From Raillietiella orientalis (lineage: Eukaryota), in assembly GCA_036172245.1 (NCBI GenBank), contig JAYWIR010000023.1, positions 1,674,001 to 1,738,000 on the forward strand: DNA of 64,000 nucleotides. The letters run 5' to 3'. Made by a program: the position numbers and the translations under genes. The notes beneath the pieces were generated by a model that saw only the letters and a program-made list of their open reading frames with translations, was not told where the DNA came from and searched no databases. This document shows positions 63,301-64,000 of the stretch, one piece after another (position 1 is the stretch's first letter; the number at the start of each line of letters is the position of its first letter).

Positions 63301-64000
63301 CGTCCCGCTGGCGACTGATCCTTCCGGAAATCCCCCTCTCGGCTGCCGCTCGATGTCTCGAGGGGCAAGGTCACTAACCCCTTTAGGAATCCCATACGCG
63401 GAAGGTCCCCCGGAACGAGTGGCGCGCCTCCGCGACCCCGACTGCGACCCCGCCGCATCAGCAGCATGGCAAGTAGCTCGACTTCTGGTCGGGTCACCGC
63501 GCTGTCGCGCACGGTGACCGACCAGCCGTCTGTCGATCTGGCCTTTCCACTCGCAACAGAAGGGTTGCGCGCTCGGCCTTGCGCTCAGGATCTCAACAAA
63601 CAGACCCTCGGGGCTGTCCGCCAGGCGGCTCGTTTAGCCGGATGGACGAGTACCTCGTCGTCGTGCGCGGTCCCTCTTGGGACGAGGAGCCAGTTCTTCC
63701 CCGCCAGCGAGGAGAGGGTGCGCTGAGGGAGGGGATAAAGGAGATCCCCTTACCCTTGGTTGCGAGATTCTCCCCTGTCCTTGTGTTGTCGAGATTCTCA
63801 GGAGACGAGGTGGTTGCGCCGCCGGAGATACGGGAGGATCCGAGAAAAGTTCCCGAAAGTTCGAGGACGTACCCTCATGGTGGTCCTCCAGGAGAGCCTG
63901 CAGAGCCCCATGGGACGAGACCCCTTCCCCCCTCAGGGAAGCGAAGACCCGCTGCGATAGGATCGCGACCCTTTTTCCCATCTTCTTCCCTTCCATCCCT
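60350..64000 (-). mobile_element. Degraded Tx1/L1-like LINE ORF2 (RT to C-terminal zinc finger), running off the window end
   Basis: In order on the minus strand: GKARSTD..VRD (KGRSIxD..RD), RMGFLKGLV (about 63390), TWFVRS..DGSGL (FIW..GGL) and LLHQGLP..C..CGEREPLPHL (zf-RVT-like, about 60506-60615). Confidence 0.55.

Noticed and set aside
1..64000. tRNA, rRNA or tRNA-derived SINE
   Set aside because: No cloverleaf, paired A/B boxes or conserved rRNA segments recognised by eye. A tRNAscan or Infernal run would be decisive.

Overview
Eukaryotic, most likely arthropod, genomic DNA. One clearly intact protein-coding gene is present: a minus-strand neurotactin orthologue (Nrt, CDS about 34751-39534). 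It has a long low-complexity cytoplasmic N-terminus, one transmembrane anchor and a catalytically dead cholinesterase-like ectodomain, and several of its introns are only 48-61 nt. A full-length but frameshifted Hsmar1-like mariner (5339-6609, 30-bp TIRs, TA target duplication) is the least decayed transposon. An AT-rich, CpG-poor block at about 12.4-16.3 kb appears to hold a decayed, intron-containing SH2 + tyrosine-kinase gene. Most of the rest looks like heavily degraded retrotransposon fragments (Jockey/I, RTE, L1/Tx1, CR1-like LINEs and gypsy pol), recognised only from degenerate motifs read across frameshifts, so those calls are low to moderate confidence. Base composition shifts from AT-rich (about 6.6-19 kb) to strongly GC-rich (beyond about 27 kb), and most long ORFs in the GC-rich part are compositional artefacts. 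I found no prokaryotic-type system (CRISPR, operon), no tRNA or rRNA, and no clear evidence of a wholly new biological system. All homology calls are from recalled family motifs, not database searches.
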